64,000 nt of DNA, from positions 2,304,001 through 2,368,000 of the forward strand of contig CBDBDQ010000005.1 in assembly GCA_965203905.1 (NCBI GenBank). Reading direction: 5' to 3'. The notes below the pieces were generated by a model. That model was not told the DNA's origin. It did no database searches and saw only the letters and a list, made by a program, of their open reading frames with translations. Source of the stretch: Spirochaetia bacterium. GTDB lineage: Bacteria; Spirochaetota; Spirochaetia; SZUA-6; Bin103. A program made the position numbers and the translations under genes. Shown in pieces: positions 37,206 to 46,608 of the stretch (within the stretch, counting starts at the first letter, position 1; the number at the start of each line of letters is the position of its first letter).

Positions 37206-39446
37206 TTACTCGCCGTTGGTGGCCTGGTGGGCGAGGATGCCCTCCAGCACGCGGGACGGGGACATCGGCACCTGGCGCAGGCGCACGCCGGTGGCGTCGT
37301 GGATGGCGTTGGCCACGGTCGCCAGCGGCGCCACGATGGCGTTCTCGCCCACGCCGCGCACGCCGTACGGGTGCTTGGGGTTGGGCACCTCGACCACCAC
37401 CGGGTCGATCATCGGCAGATCGAGCGCCACCGGCATGCGGTAGTCCAGGAAGCCGGCGTTCTCCATCACGCCCTGCTCGTTATAGTAGTAGCCCTCGTTG
37501 AGCGCCCAGCCGATGCCCTGCGCGGCGCCGCCCTGGAACTGGCCTTCCACGTAGTCCCGATGCAGCGCGCGGCCGGCGTCCTGGCACACGGTGTAGCGCA
37601 CCACGTCCACCTTGCCGGTCTCCCGGTCCACCTCCACGTCGCAGATGTGGGTGCCGAACGCCGGCGCCGCGAAGCGCGCATTGATCGACGCCTCGGCACC
37701 CAGCGGACCGCCGGTCTGCGACGAGCTCCCGGCCAGCTCGCGCAGCGACAGCGGCTCCTCGGAGCCGTTGCTGCCGCCGTTCAGGTGCGCGGCGCCGTCC
37801 TTCCAGGTAACCTGCTCCTTGTCCACCTCCCACACCTGGGCGGCGCGGTCGCGCAGCTCCTCGATCAGCTTCTGGGAGGCCTCGTGGATCGCCATGCTGC
37901 TGGCGTAGGCGGTGCTGCTGCCCTCGGAGATGCCGTTCATGCCGACCGTGTCGGAGTCGCCGATGGAGGGGTTGACCTCGTCCACCGGGATGCCCAGCTC
38001 CTCGGCCAGCACCATCGCCTGGGCGGCGCGCGAGCCGCCGATGTCGGGGCGCCCGGTGATCAGCGACACGCGCCCGTCGGGCAGCACCGAGATGTTGGCG
38101 GTGGCGTCGCCGCCGATGTTCATCCAGAACCCCGAGGCCACGCCGCGGCCCTGGTTGGGACCGAGCGGCGCGCTGTAGTGCGGGTGCGCCTTGGCGGCTT
38201 CCAGCGTCTCGATCATGCCGATCTCGGGGTAGACCGGGCCGTAGGCCGCCTTGGTGCCCTTCCTGGCGGCGTTCTTGAGGCGGAACTCGATCGGGTCCAT
38301 GCCGATCTCGTCGCAGATCTCGTCGATGATCGTCTCGGTGGCGTGCGCGGCGTTGGGCGCCAGCGGCGCGCGGTAGGGGCGCATGAACGGCTTGTTGACC
38401 AGCACGTTGTAGCCCTTGATGTGGTAGTTCTCGACTTCGTAGGGGGCGGTGAGGCACATCATCCCCAGTCCCATCAGCGGCCCTGGGAAGCTCCCCGACT
38501 CGTACCACAGGTCGGCGTCCACCGCGGTGATGCGGCCGTCCCTGGTGGCGCCCATCTTGAGGCGGATGTGGCTGCCGGGAGCGGGGCCGCTGGAGGTGAA
38601 CACCTCGGCGCGGGTCATCACCATCTTCACCGGGCGGCCCGTCTTCTCGGCCAGGCGGATCGCCACCGGCTCCAGGAACACGGTGGTCTTGCCGCCGAAG
38701 CCGCCGCCGATCTCGGCCGGAATGGTCTTGATTCGTGACGGCGAGACACCGAGCTGCCCGGCGGTCAGGTCGCGGATGGCGAAGTGGCCCTGGCTGGACA
38801 CCCACAGCAGGATGTTGCCGTCCTCGCCGTAGCGGGCGACGCAGGCGTGCGGCTCGATGTAGCCCTGGTGGATGGTGGCGCTGTCGAACTCGTGCTCGTA
38901 GATCACGTCGGCGGCGGCGAAGCCGGCCTCCACGTCGCCGGCGTCGAACACGTCGGTGTTGGAGATGTTGGAGGGCGGCGCGGACTCGTCGCCGTCGGTG
39001 CGCAATTCGGGATCGATGATCACCTTGCCCTGCGCCGCTTCCCACACGTCGGTGACGTGCGGCAGCACCTCGTAGTCCACCTCGATCAGAGCGAGCGCCT
39101 GTTCGGCGATGGTGGGCGTGGCGGCCGCCACCGCGGCGATCGCATGGCCCTCGTAGCGCACGTGGCCGCGGCACATCACCACCTGCGCGCTCACCTGGTC
39201 CGGGGTCTCGGCCGGGAAATCGTCGCCGGTCACCACCGCGAACACGCCGTCGAGCGCTTCCGCGGCGCTGGTGTCGATGGAGCGGATGCGGGCGTGGGCG
39301 TGGGGACTGCGCAGCACCTTGCCGTGCAGCATGCCGGGCAGGTGGAAGTCGGCGCCGTAGTTGGCGCGGCCGGTCACCTTGTCGACGCCATCGTGGCGCA
39401 CCGGGCGGGTGCCCAGTACCCGATAGGCGGTGTTCGTGTCGCTCAT
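37206..39446 (-). CDS. Xanthine dehydrogenase/CoxL-like molybdopterin-binding subunit
   Basis: KVTGRANY, LRSPHAHARI, IGGGFGGK, EGQFQGG and GVRGVGE; GGAGG RBS. Confidence 0.93.
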   Translation of the reverse strand: MSDTNTAYRVLGTRPVRHDGVDKVTGRANYGADFHLPGMLHGKVLRSPHAHARIRSIDTSAAEALDGVFAVVTGDDFPAETPDQVSAQVVMCRGHVRYEGHAIAAVAAATPTIAEQALALIEVDYEVLPHVTDVWEAAQGKVIIDPELRTDGDESAPPSNISNTDVFDAGDVEAGFAAADVIYEHEFDSATIHQGYIEPHACVARYGEDGNILLWVSSQGHFAIRDLTAGQLGVSPSRIKTIPAEIGGGFGGKTTVFLEPVAIRLAEKTGRPVKMVMTRAEVFTSSGPAPGSHIRLKMGATRDGRITAVDADLWYESGSFPGPLMGLGMMCLTAPYEVENYHIKGYNVLVNKPFMRPYRAPLAPNAAHATETIIDEICDEIGMDPIEFRLKNAARKGTKAAYGPVYPEIGMIETLEAAKAHPHYSAPLGPNQGRGVASGFWMNIGGDATANISVLPDGRVSLITGRPDIGGSRAAQAMVLAEELGIPVDEVNPSIGDSDTVGMNGISEGSSTAYASSMAIHEASQKLIEELRDRAAQVWEVDKEQVTWKDGAAHLNGGSNGSEEPLSLRELAGSSSQTGGPLGAEASINARFAAPAFGTHICDVEVDRETGKVDVVRYTVCQDAGRALHRDYVEGQFQGGAAQGIGWALNEGYYYNEQGVMENAGFLDYRMPVALDLPMIDPVVVEVPNPKHPYGVRGVGENAIVAPLATVANAIHDATGVRLRQVPMSPSRVLEGILAHQATNGE

Positions 39447-39669
39447 ACTCCCTCCAGAGACGGTCCGCCGTTGCGGCGATGCTGGTTCCGATCGTAAATC
39501 AAAGCAGTCATGTACGGCAACCGCGCCCGCGGGGCATCGATCGCTGGTCCGGGCATCCTCGGCACCTGCCGCCGAGAGAGCTGTGAGGCCCCGCTCAGGT
39601 GATCTCGACATGAGTGCTTGTTCGGAGTATATTCCGATTTAGTAGAACTATTTCGGATCAGATTTCCAA

Positions 39670-40294
39670 TTGTCGGATTACGCCCGCATCCTCGACATCG
39701 ACCTTCCGCATGGCCAGTCGGCGTTCCTCTGGGGTCCGCGCAAGACCGGAAAGTCGACTGGGCGTCGATTCGAAGACGGTGCGGGAGTACTTTCAGATTC
39801 TCGTGGACACCCTGCTCGGTGTCTTCGTGGAGCCATTCACCGGCCGCTCCCGTTCACGCGCCGTCATCGTGCGGGCGCCGAAGTTCTATCTGTTCGACGT
39901 CGGCGTCGCCGGATACCTGAGCGGACGCCGTATCGGGCGCGCGGCCGGCCCCGACTTCGGACGCGCTCTCGAACACTTCGTGCTGATGGAGCTGCTCGCC
40001 TACCGAAGCTATCATGAGTGCGACTTCGCGGTGCGCTTCTGGCGCACCAGGTCGGGCCTGGAATGCGACTTCGTGCTTGGGCGGGAGGGGGAAGTGGCGC
40101 TCGAGGTCAAGGGCGGCGCCAGCCCCGGGCCGCGGGACCTCAGGGCCATGCGCGCCTACGTGGAGGAACATCGTCCTCGCCTCGCCGCCGTGGTCTGCAC
40201 CGCGAGCGCTCCTCGCCGGACGCCCGACGGGATCCTCGTCTTGCCCTGGGAGGAATTCCTGGAGCGCCTGTGGACCGGCGCCATCATCACGTGA
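39670..40294 (+). pseudogene. DUF4143 AAA ATPase with a large internal deletion
   Basis: FLWGPRKTGKST joins, out of frame, directly to GVDSKTVREYF...KFYLFDVG...ECDFV...EVK. Confidence 0.85.
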
Positions 40295-40331
40295 CGAGCG
40301 GCCGGAGAGATTCGCCAAGAGGTAAATCGCG

Positions 40332-40847
40332 ATGAGACGAGTCCGCTACCGTTGCGCCATCAGCCTGGACGGCTACATCGCCGGCCCCGGCGGCGAGTTC
40401 GACTGGATCGTCATGGATCCCGAGATCGACTTCCGCGAGATGATCGGGGAGTTCGACACGCTGCTGGCCGGCCGGCGCTCCTTCGAAGTCGCCGCAGACG
40501 GCGACCAGCGGTTGATGGGCCTGCCCACCTACGTGTTCTCGCGCACGCTGCGCCAGGGCGACTACCGGAACGTCACCGTCGTGGGCGAGGACTGGAAAGC
40601 AACGGTGCAGTCGCTGCGGAAGCGGCCGGGCAAGGACATCTGGCTGTTCGGCGGCGGAGTCCTGTTTCGGAGCCTCGCCAAGGCCGGCCTGGTCGACACC
40701 GTGGAGGTCGCGGTGATCCCGACGATACTCGGCGGCGGCATTCCGCTGGTCGCCGAACCGGCCGCGCGCATCCCGCTGACGCTCACGGACCAGAGAACCT
40801 ACGACAAGACCGGCACCGTCATCCTGGTGTACGCCGTCAACCGGTGA
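40332..40847 (+). CDS. Dihydrofolate reductase/RibD C-terminal family protein
   Basis: AISLDGYIA, GRRSF, DIWLFGGG and LVD...PTILGGG. Confidence 0.9.
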   Translation: MRRVRYRCAISLDGYIAGPGGEFDWIVMDPEIDFREMIGEFDTLLAGRRSFEVAADGDQRLMGLPTYVFSRTLRQGDYRNVTVVGEDWKATVQSLRKRPGKDIWLFGGGVLFRSLAKAGLVDTVEVAVIPTILGGGIPLVAEPAARIPLTLTDQRTYDKTGTVILVYAVNR

Positions 40848-40853
40848 GTTGCA

Positions 40854-41240
40854 CTACCAGAGGATTGGAACTGGATAGCGCGCGATCAGCGGATCCGGGG
40901 TCACAAGTGTCAACCCGTTGACGATCGCCTGGGCGATGAGCCCGCGATCGAAGGGGTCACGGTGATGCGGCGGCAGCAGCCCTTCGTGGACGGCGCTGGA
41001 TTCGTCGAAACTCAGCGGCTCGATCCGGAGCGCCTCGCGCCGACTCACCACGTAACGCACGGGCGGCTCGGGCAGAGGCAAGCGCCCAAGCCGATGCTTG
41101 ATTGAGATCTCCCATGCGCAGACCGCGCTGAGAAACACGGCGTTGTCGGGACTGCGGCAGGTGCTGCGGGCACGCGGCGTCAGCCGGGCGTCGTCAGCCG
41201 CCAGCCAGAGAAACGTGCAGGTATCGAGCAGGAGTCTCAC
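40854..41240 (-). CDS. VapC PIN toxin
   Basis: LLLDTCTFLW, WEISIK and HRDPFDR. Confidence 0.93.
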   Translation of the reverse strand: MRLLLDTCTFLWLAADDARLTPRARSTCRSPDNAVFLSAVCAWEISIKHRLGRLPLPEPPVRYVVSRREALRIEPLSFDESSAVHEGLLPPHHRDPFDRGLIAQAIVNGLTLVTPDPLIARYPVPILW

Positions 41241-41485
41241 CCGGATCCACTCCTTCCCTCGAAGGCATCGAGCAGGTCGTCAGGCAACGGGTCGAAGAAG
41301 CTGTCAGGGATCGTCATGCCCCGATCGATCCCCACGGGACGCGGCTGTCGCAGTGGGGCCGGAATCGGCCGCAACTCGGCTATCGGGACGTTTCGGCGAC
41401 AGATGATCACCGTTTCACCCTTGCCAACCTTGTCGAGGTAATGCGACAGACGAGCCTTCGCCTCGGCGACATTGATCTGATTCAT
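41237..41485 (-). CDS. Phd/YefM antitoxin
   Basis: NVAEAKARLS...GETVIICRRNVPIAEL; operator-like AGTAGAT..ATCTACT upstream. Confidence 0.92.
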   Translation of the reverse strand: MNQINVAEAKARLSHYLDKVGKGETVIICRRNVPIAELRPIPAPLRQPRPVGIDRGMTIPDSFFDPLPDDLLDAFEGRSGSG

Positions 41486-41596
41486 AGTCACATAGTAGAT
41501 CAATTAGTTGACTATATCTACTGTCGATACTCTATGCGACGTGGATCCCCTGCGGGCCAGGGGGGATTGAAGTACGCTTCTGTTACACTGGCCGCG

Positions 41597-42352
41597 ATGA
41601 GCGAGTGGACCATCGCGCAGGAGGATCCCGAGCATTTCCAGCAGCATCGCGCGCAGGGATGTATCATCCCGTACTGGAAGTTTCCCCATCCGGCGTTCGC
41701 CGAGTTGCTCGCCGACCCGCGCGCGCTGGCCGTGTTCGCGGCCATGGGGTTCGAGCGGCCGCGGGCGTGGAGCGGGTTCGTGATCAGCAAGCCGCCGCAC
41801 GCTCCGCCGCTCTACTGGCACCAGGACGGGGTGCTGTGGGACCACCCGATCAGCTACACCGACCGGCCGCAGCAGTACTTCCTGATGTACTACCTGGTGG
41901 ACACCACCCGCGACAACGGCTGTCTGCGGGTGATCCCGGGCTCGCACCTGAAGCGCCATCCGCTGCACGACCTGCCGCGCCAGGCACACGAGACGGACCA
42001 GGTGGGAACCGCCGCCAACCTGGAGCACCCGGCCTTGCAGCCGGCCGCGGGCGAGGTGGACGTGCCGGTGCGCGCAGGCGACGTGGTGGTGGGCGACGCA
42101 CGCCTGCTCCACTCCGCCCACGCCAACCGCTCCGACCGGCGCCGCACGGTGCTCACCATCTGGTACTGGCCCGCCTACGACGAACTGCCCGAGGAGGTGC
42201 AGGCCCTGATCGCCGGACACGTCACCGAGCGGCCCGACTGGTGTGAGTGGGTCGAGCAGACCTGCTCCGTTATCGGCGACCTGATGCCGGTCTACCACGG
42301 CGCGACGGAGCCGGCCACGTGGAACAACCTCGCCGGCCCCGGGTTGAAGTGA
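41597..42352 (+). CDS. Phytanoyl-CoA dioxygenase family protein
   Basis: YWHQD, NGCLRVIPGSH and LLHSAHAN; N-terminus may be truncated. Confidence 0.88.
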   Translation: MSEWTIAQEDPEHFQQHRAQGCIIPYWKFPHPAFAELLADPRALAVFAAMGFERPRAWSGFVISKPPHAPPLYWHQDGVLWDHPISYTDRPQQYFLMYYLVDTTRDNGCLRVIPGSHLKRHPLHDLPRQAHETDQVGTAANLEHPALQPAAGEVDVPVRAGDVVVGDARLLHSAHANRSDRRRTVLTIWYWPAYDELPEEVQALIAGHVTERPDWCEWVEQTCSVIGDLMPVYHGATEPATWNNLAGPGLK

Positions 42353-42354
42353 CC

Positions 42355-43062
42355 ATGGACACCCTCGCACTGCTGCGCGCGGCGAGCACCGCCACCCTGA
42401 CCACCGTGCTCAAGGAACACGGGCTGCGCAACACCTTCATGCACGGGGTGGCGCCGCTGCGGCCCGACTGCCGCGTGGCCGGCCCGGCCTTCACCCTGCG
42501 CTACATACCGGCGCGCGAGGACCTGGACGACCGCCCGGTCGACAACCTCACTGATGCCCAGCGTGTCGCGATCGAGCGCGTGCAGCCGGGGAGCGTGTTC
42601 GTGATCGACGCCCGCGGCGACACCCGCGCCGGCACCCTCGGCTCCATCCTGGCCACCCGGCTGCAGCACCGCGGCGCCGCCGGCATCGTCACCGACGGCG
42701 CCTACCGCGACACCCCGGCCATCCGCGACCTCGCCATGGGCTGCTACGCGGCGGCGATGAACGCCCACACCAACAAGACCATCCACCACCCCAGCGAGTA
42801 CCAGGTACCGATCGCCTGCGGCGGCGTGGCCGTGTTCCCGGGCGACATCATTGCCGGCGACGGCGAGGGAGTGGTCGTGGTCCCGGCTCACCTCGCCGCC
42901 GAAGTGGCGGCCGCCGCCGCCGAGCAGGAACGCCTTGAAGAATTCCTCCTGCGCCGGGTCCAGGGCGGCGCCAGCATCGTCGGCACCTACCCCCCGGACG
43001 AGGACGTGCTCCGCGCCTACCGCGAATCGCAGCGTCCCGAAACCGGCGAGGGATCGCGTTGA
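42355..43062 (+). CDS. RraA-like / HMG aldolase family protein
   Basis: GPAFTLRYIPARED, VTDGAYRD and VFPGDIIAGDGEGVVVVP. Confidence 0.88.
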   Translation: MDTLALLRAASTATLTTVLKEHGLRNTFMHGVAPLRPDCRVAGPAFTLRYIPAREDLDDRPVDNLTDAQRVAIERVQPGSVFVIDARGDTRAGTLGSILATRLQHRGAAGIVTDGAYRDTPAIRDLAMGCYAAAMNAHTNKTIHHPSEYQVPIACGGVAVFPGDIIAGDGEGVVVVPAHLAAEVAAAAAEQERLEEFLLRRVQGGASIVGTYPPDEDVLRAYRESQRPETGEGSR

Positions 43063-44150
43063 GCGCAGACCACCGCGACCATCCCGAGATCACGTCGATC
43101 AGCATTGAGGGATTCAAGAGCATCGAACGTATCAAGGATCTGCCTCTGCGCCCGATCAACGTCCTCATCGGCGCGAACGGCTCGGGCAAGTCCAACTTCA
43201 TCGGGGTGTTCTCGTTGCTGCAAGCTAAGCGTGACAACACGGTCGACGAGTATGTCGAGCGATCAGGGGGCGCCGACCGGATACTGCACTTCGGGTCGAA
43301 GATCACGGACAAGCTGAAAGTTGTAGTCAACTTCAGCGGCAATGCGTGGTTCGAGTTGGCCCTGGTGGTAGCCGAAGACGATCGCGTGGTGGTCACGAGC
43401 CGCGTGCCATTCGGTGGCAGAATGTTGATAAGAGAGGGCAGCACCGGTGTGACCCAACTCATGCGGGATCAACTCCAGCGGTTCCGTGTTTACCACTTCC
43501 ACGACACCGGTCCGACCGCGCCGATGAAGCGGACTGCAGATATTCACGACAACCGGTATTTGCGGGAAGACGGATCCAATCTTGCCGCATTGCTCTACCG
43601 TCTGCTGCACAAGGAGCAGACGCCGTACGAGATGATCGTGCGTACCGTACGGCTGGTAGCTCCCTTCTTTGACGATTTCGTGCTCAAGCCGCTGGCGCTG
43701 AACGAGGACAAGATCCGCCTGCAGTGGCGCCACCGCGGCTCGGACGCCTATTTCGACGCCTCATCGCTGTCGGATGGTTCGCTGCGCTTCATGGCTTTGG
43801 CGACCCTGCTGCTGCAGCCGGCCAACCTCCAGCCCTCCATCATTCTGCTGGACGAGCCCGAACTGGGCCTGCATCCATACGCGATCACCATCTTCTGTTC
43901 GCTCGTAAAGCAGTGCTCCGCCGACAGGCAGATCGTGCTCGCTACCCAGTCGCCGCTGGTTGTGGACCATTTCGAGCCGGAGGACGTGCTCGTGGCCGAT
44001 CGCGTCGATGGCCGAACCGAGCTCACACGTCTTGAGCGGGACAGGTTGGCCAAGTGGCTGCAGGACTACAGCCTCGGGGAGCTCTGGCAGAAAAACGAAC
44101 TCGGCGGCCGTCCCGCCCCTGAGGCACCCGGGAAGGATCGCACCGGGTGA
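43059..44150 (+). CDS. AAA_21/ABC-type ATPase (usually paired with DUF4276)
   Basis: GFKSI, GANGSGKSN, LSDGS, DEPELGLHP and TQSP. Confidence 0.9.
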   Translation: MSADHRDHPEITSISIEGFKSIERIKDLPLRPINVLIGANGSGKSNFIGVFSLLQAKRDNTVDEYVERSGGADRILHFGSKITDKLKVVVNFSGNAWFELALVVAEDDRVVVTSRVPFGGRMLIREGSTGVTQLMRDQLQRFRVYHFHDTGPTAPMKRTADIHDNRYLREDGSNLAALLYRLLHKEQTPYEMIVRTVRLVAPFFDDFVLKPLALNEDKIRLQWRHRGSDAYFDASSLSDGSLRFMALATLLLQPANLQPSIILLDEPELGLHPYAITIFCSLVKQCSADRQIVLATQSPLVVDHFEPEDVLVADRVDGRTELTRLERDRLAKWLQDYSLGELWQKNELGGRPAPEAPGKDRTG

Positions 44151-44265
44151 GCAGATCGGCCTGCCCGCCATGCGCGCCGCATGCCCCGGATTCCGGCGTT
44201 GGCTGGAACGCCTGGAGAGGCTGGGACCTGACCACCGATCGGCCTCCAGCGCCACAAGCTGCTGA
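44151..44265 (+). pseudogene. C-terminal remnant of a DUF4276 partner
   Basis: QIGLPAMRAACPGFRRWLERLE resembles the DUF4276 C-terminus. Confidence 0.6.
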
Positions 44266-44534
44266 CGGGTGCGAAGTTGCTCGGAGCCATCCTCCCGATG
44301 CTCCGAATTGAACCCTACTGGCGTCACATCCCTGGTTCCCGGCAGTGACTCTCGCCACGCCTCGTAGAGCACCACGGGGACCAAGACTCATTCGTATCGC
44401 TCGGCCCGACCCTCAAGTCTCTGCAAACGACGATCGGCCTTGGTTTCCGGGTCGGCGAGGATCAGCCGATCTAAGATCTCCGCCATCCCAGAGAAGATTC
44501 CGCTGCTGTCTGCACTGCAGACCATCGACAGTAA

Positions 44535-44586
44535 TGTATGATTTTATATCAGTCAACGTATGATACGTTTATATCCTGTATGATTT
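44535..44586 (+). promoter_or_regulatory. AT-rich operator/promoter of the XRE gene
   Basis: GTATGAT x3 and TTTATATC x2 just upstream of an HTH gene. Confidence 0.5.
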
Positions 44587-44624
44587 TCCGTCGTGGGAAC
44601 GCCGCACGACTGGTAGGGAGAGGG

Positions 44625-45866
44625 ATGATGGAGGCATGGGAGCTTGGGAGCAGGTTGCGTTTGGCGCGTGAGGCAAGGGGCCTCAGTCAGCAAGCAGTGG
44701 CTTCCGAGCTTGGGGTGCCGCGGACTGCCATCGGGGGACTGGAGGCCGGTAGTCGTTCGGTGTCGACGCTGGAGTTGACCAGACTCTCGGAACTCTACCT
44801 TCGACCTGTCGCTGATCTCCTACAGGGAGGAGCGCGGGACGAGGATGAGGACGTCGTGGTGGCCCTGCTTCGCGCGGCACCCGGGCTGGAACAGGATACG
44901 GCGATGGGCGACCAAGTGGCCCGGTGTGTCAGCCTGTGCCGTGAGGGGGTCAGGCTGGAGCGCCTGCTCGGCGCCGAAGTTCGCTCCGGTCCGCCGAGCT
45001 ACCAGGCTCGGGTACCTCGTTACTCGGGAGAAGCCGTGGCGCAAGGCGAACAGACCGCGGAACAGGAGCGAAGGCGCCTTGGCCTCGGCGACGGGCCCAT
45101 CTCCGACATCGCCGATCTGATTGCCTCGCAGGGGATCTGGGCGTCGGGAGTTGAGCTCCCCGACAAGATGTCCGGCCTGTTTCTACGGCACCCGAGCGTC
45201 GGGGTAGCGATTCTCGTGAATACAACGCATGCGCGCGGCCGAAAACGTTTCTCGTATGCACATGAGTACGCCCATGCCTTGCTTGACCGCGACCGGGACA
45301 TGGCGATTTCCAGCACGGACAACGCGTCCGAATTGGTGGAGACGCGCGCGAACGCATTAGCTGCGGCGTTCCTCATGCCGGGAACCGGGATCTACGGTGC
45401 GCTGCGAAGCCTGGACAAGGGCCTGCCGAGTCGGCAGCAGCAGACTGTCTTCGATGTTGCCACCGCGGGACGAATCGACGCCGAGTTGCGCTCGCCGGCC
45501 GGTTCCCAGCGCATCACGTACAAGGACGTCGCCATGGTGGCACACCACTTCGGGGTGAGCTACCAGGCGGCCGCCTATCGGTTGAAGAGCCTCCGCCACG
45601 TCTCCCATCCCGAGTCCCATGGCCTTCTCGGACAGGCGGACTTCGGGCGGGAGTATCTGAAAGCCCTCCGCATGTTCAGCGATGTTGGCGAACCCGAGCC
45701 CCATGACTACCGAGATCGAGAGCTCCGCAGCGAGATCACCCATCTTGCAATAGAGGCGTATCGCCGCGCGGAGATTTCTCGCGGTCGCATTCTGGAGCTC
45801 AGCAGGGCGCTGAGGATCCCCGGCGATACTCTGCTTCGTCTGGCTCAGGTGGCACGTGGGGACTGA
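44625..45866 (+). CDS. XRE-HTH + ImmA/IrrE metallopeptidase
   Basis: RLRLAREARGLSQ HTH; RFSYAHEYAH (HExxH); ETRANALAAAFLMP. Confidence 0.92.
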   Translation: MMEAWELGSRLRLAREARGLSQQAVASELGVPRTAIGGLEAGSRSVSTLELTRLSELYLRPVADLLQGGARDEDEDVVVALLRAAPGLEQDTAMGDQVARCVSLCREGVRLERLLGAEVRSGPPSYQARVPRYSGEAVAQGEQTAEQERRRLGLGDGPISDIADLIASQGIWASGVELPDKMSGLFLRHPSVGVAILVNTTHARGRKRFSYAHEYAHALLDRDRDMAISSTDNASELVETRANALAAAFLMPGTGIYGALRSLDKGLPSRQQQTVFDVATAGRIDAELRSPAGSQRITYKDVAMVAHHFGVSYQAAAYRLKSLRHVSHPESHGLLGQADFGREYLKALRMFSDVGEPEPHDYRDRELRSEITHLAIEAYRRAEISRGRILELSRALRIPGDTLLRLAQVARGD

Positions 45867-45874
45867 TCCTGCTC

Positions 45875-46390
45875 GTGGGCAAAGGGCCACCCACCGTCGT
45901 AACCGATGCGTCGGTGTTGTTGAACTTTCTCAGTATCGACCGGATGGATCTTCTTGCCCGTCATTCCCACCGATTCGTGATCACGGATCATGTCGCTGCG
46001 GAGGTTGCCGATCGATATCCCCACCAGCAGCAGCGGTTGGCCGCCGCGGTGAGCGCGGGCGTCGTTCTGCAGACGAGCGTCCGCAGCCCCGCGGAGATGT
46101 CTTTCTTCGGCGAGTTGTCGGCGTCCGGGCGGTTGGGGGCAGGTGAGTGCTCCGCCATCGCCGTTGCGGTGTACCGGCACCTCACCTTGGCGATCGATGA
46201 TCGCCAAGCTGTGAAGCAAGCGCGGCGCACGGACCCGGTACTCCGTATTCTCACCACCCAGGATCTGGTTGTCTCCATGATCGGCGAGGGCATTCTCGAC
46301 ATAGCAGACGCGGACCGTATCAAGGATGAGTGGGCTGTCCGGCACCGATTCCGCCTCAAGCTACGGAGCTTCCGGGAGATCTGTCGGTAG
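45875..46390 (+). CDS. PIN-domain protein (DUF3368-like)
   Basis: VVTDASVLLNF, LGAGECSAIAVA and LAIDDRQA. Confidence 0.85.
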   Translation: MGKGPPTVVTDASVLLNFLSIDRMDLLARHSHRFVITDHVAAEVADRYPHQQQRLAAAVSAGVVLQTSVRSPAEMSFFGELSASGRLGAGECSAIAVAVYRHLTLAIDDRQAVKQARRTDPVLRILTTQDLVVSMIGEGILDIADADRIKDEWAVRHRFRLKLRSFREICR

Positions 46391-46608
46391 CCGAGACGTG
46401 GTCCGCAGCGAGTTCGACCGGGTGGACGGCGTGCGCAGCGCACGAGATGCCGGACTTGAGGTAGGCGGATCTCCGATATACTGCCGGGGCCAGCAGATTC
46501 GCGCATCGACTTCGAGAGAGTCAGCACGGTCACTCCGTGACACGGAAGACCATGAAAACGGCGCATGGAGCAGTACACGGTGGCAGCCATTTTCGGACCA
46601 GTCAGGCA

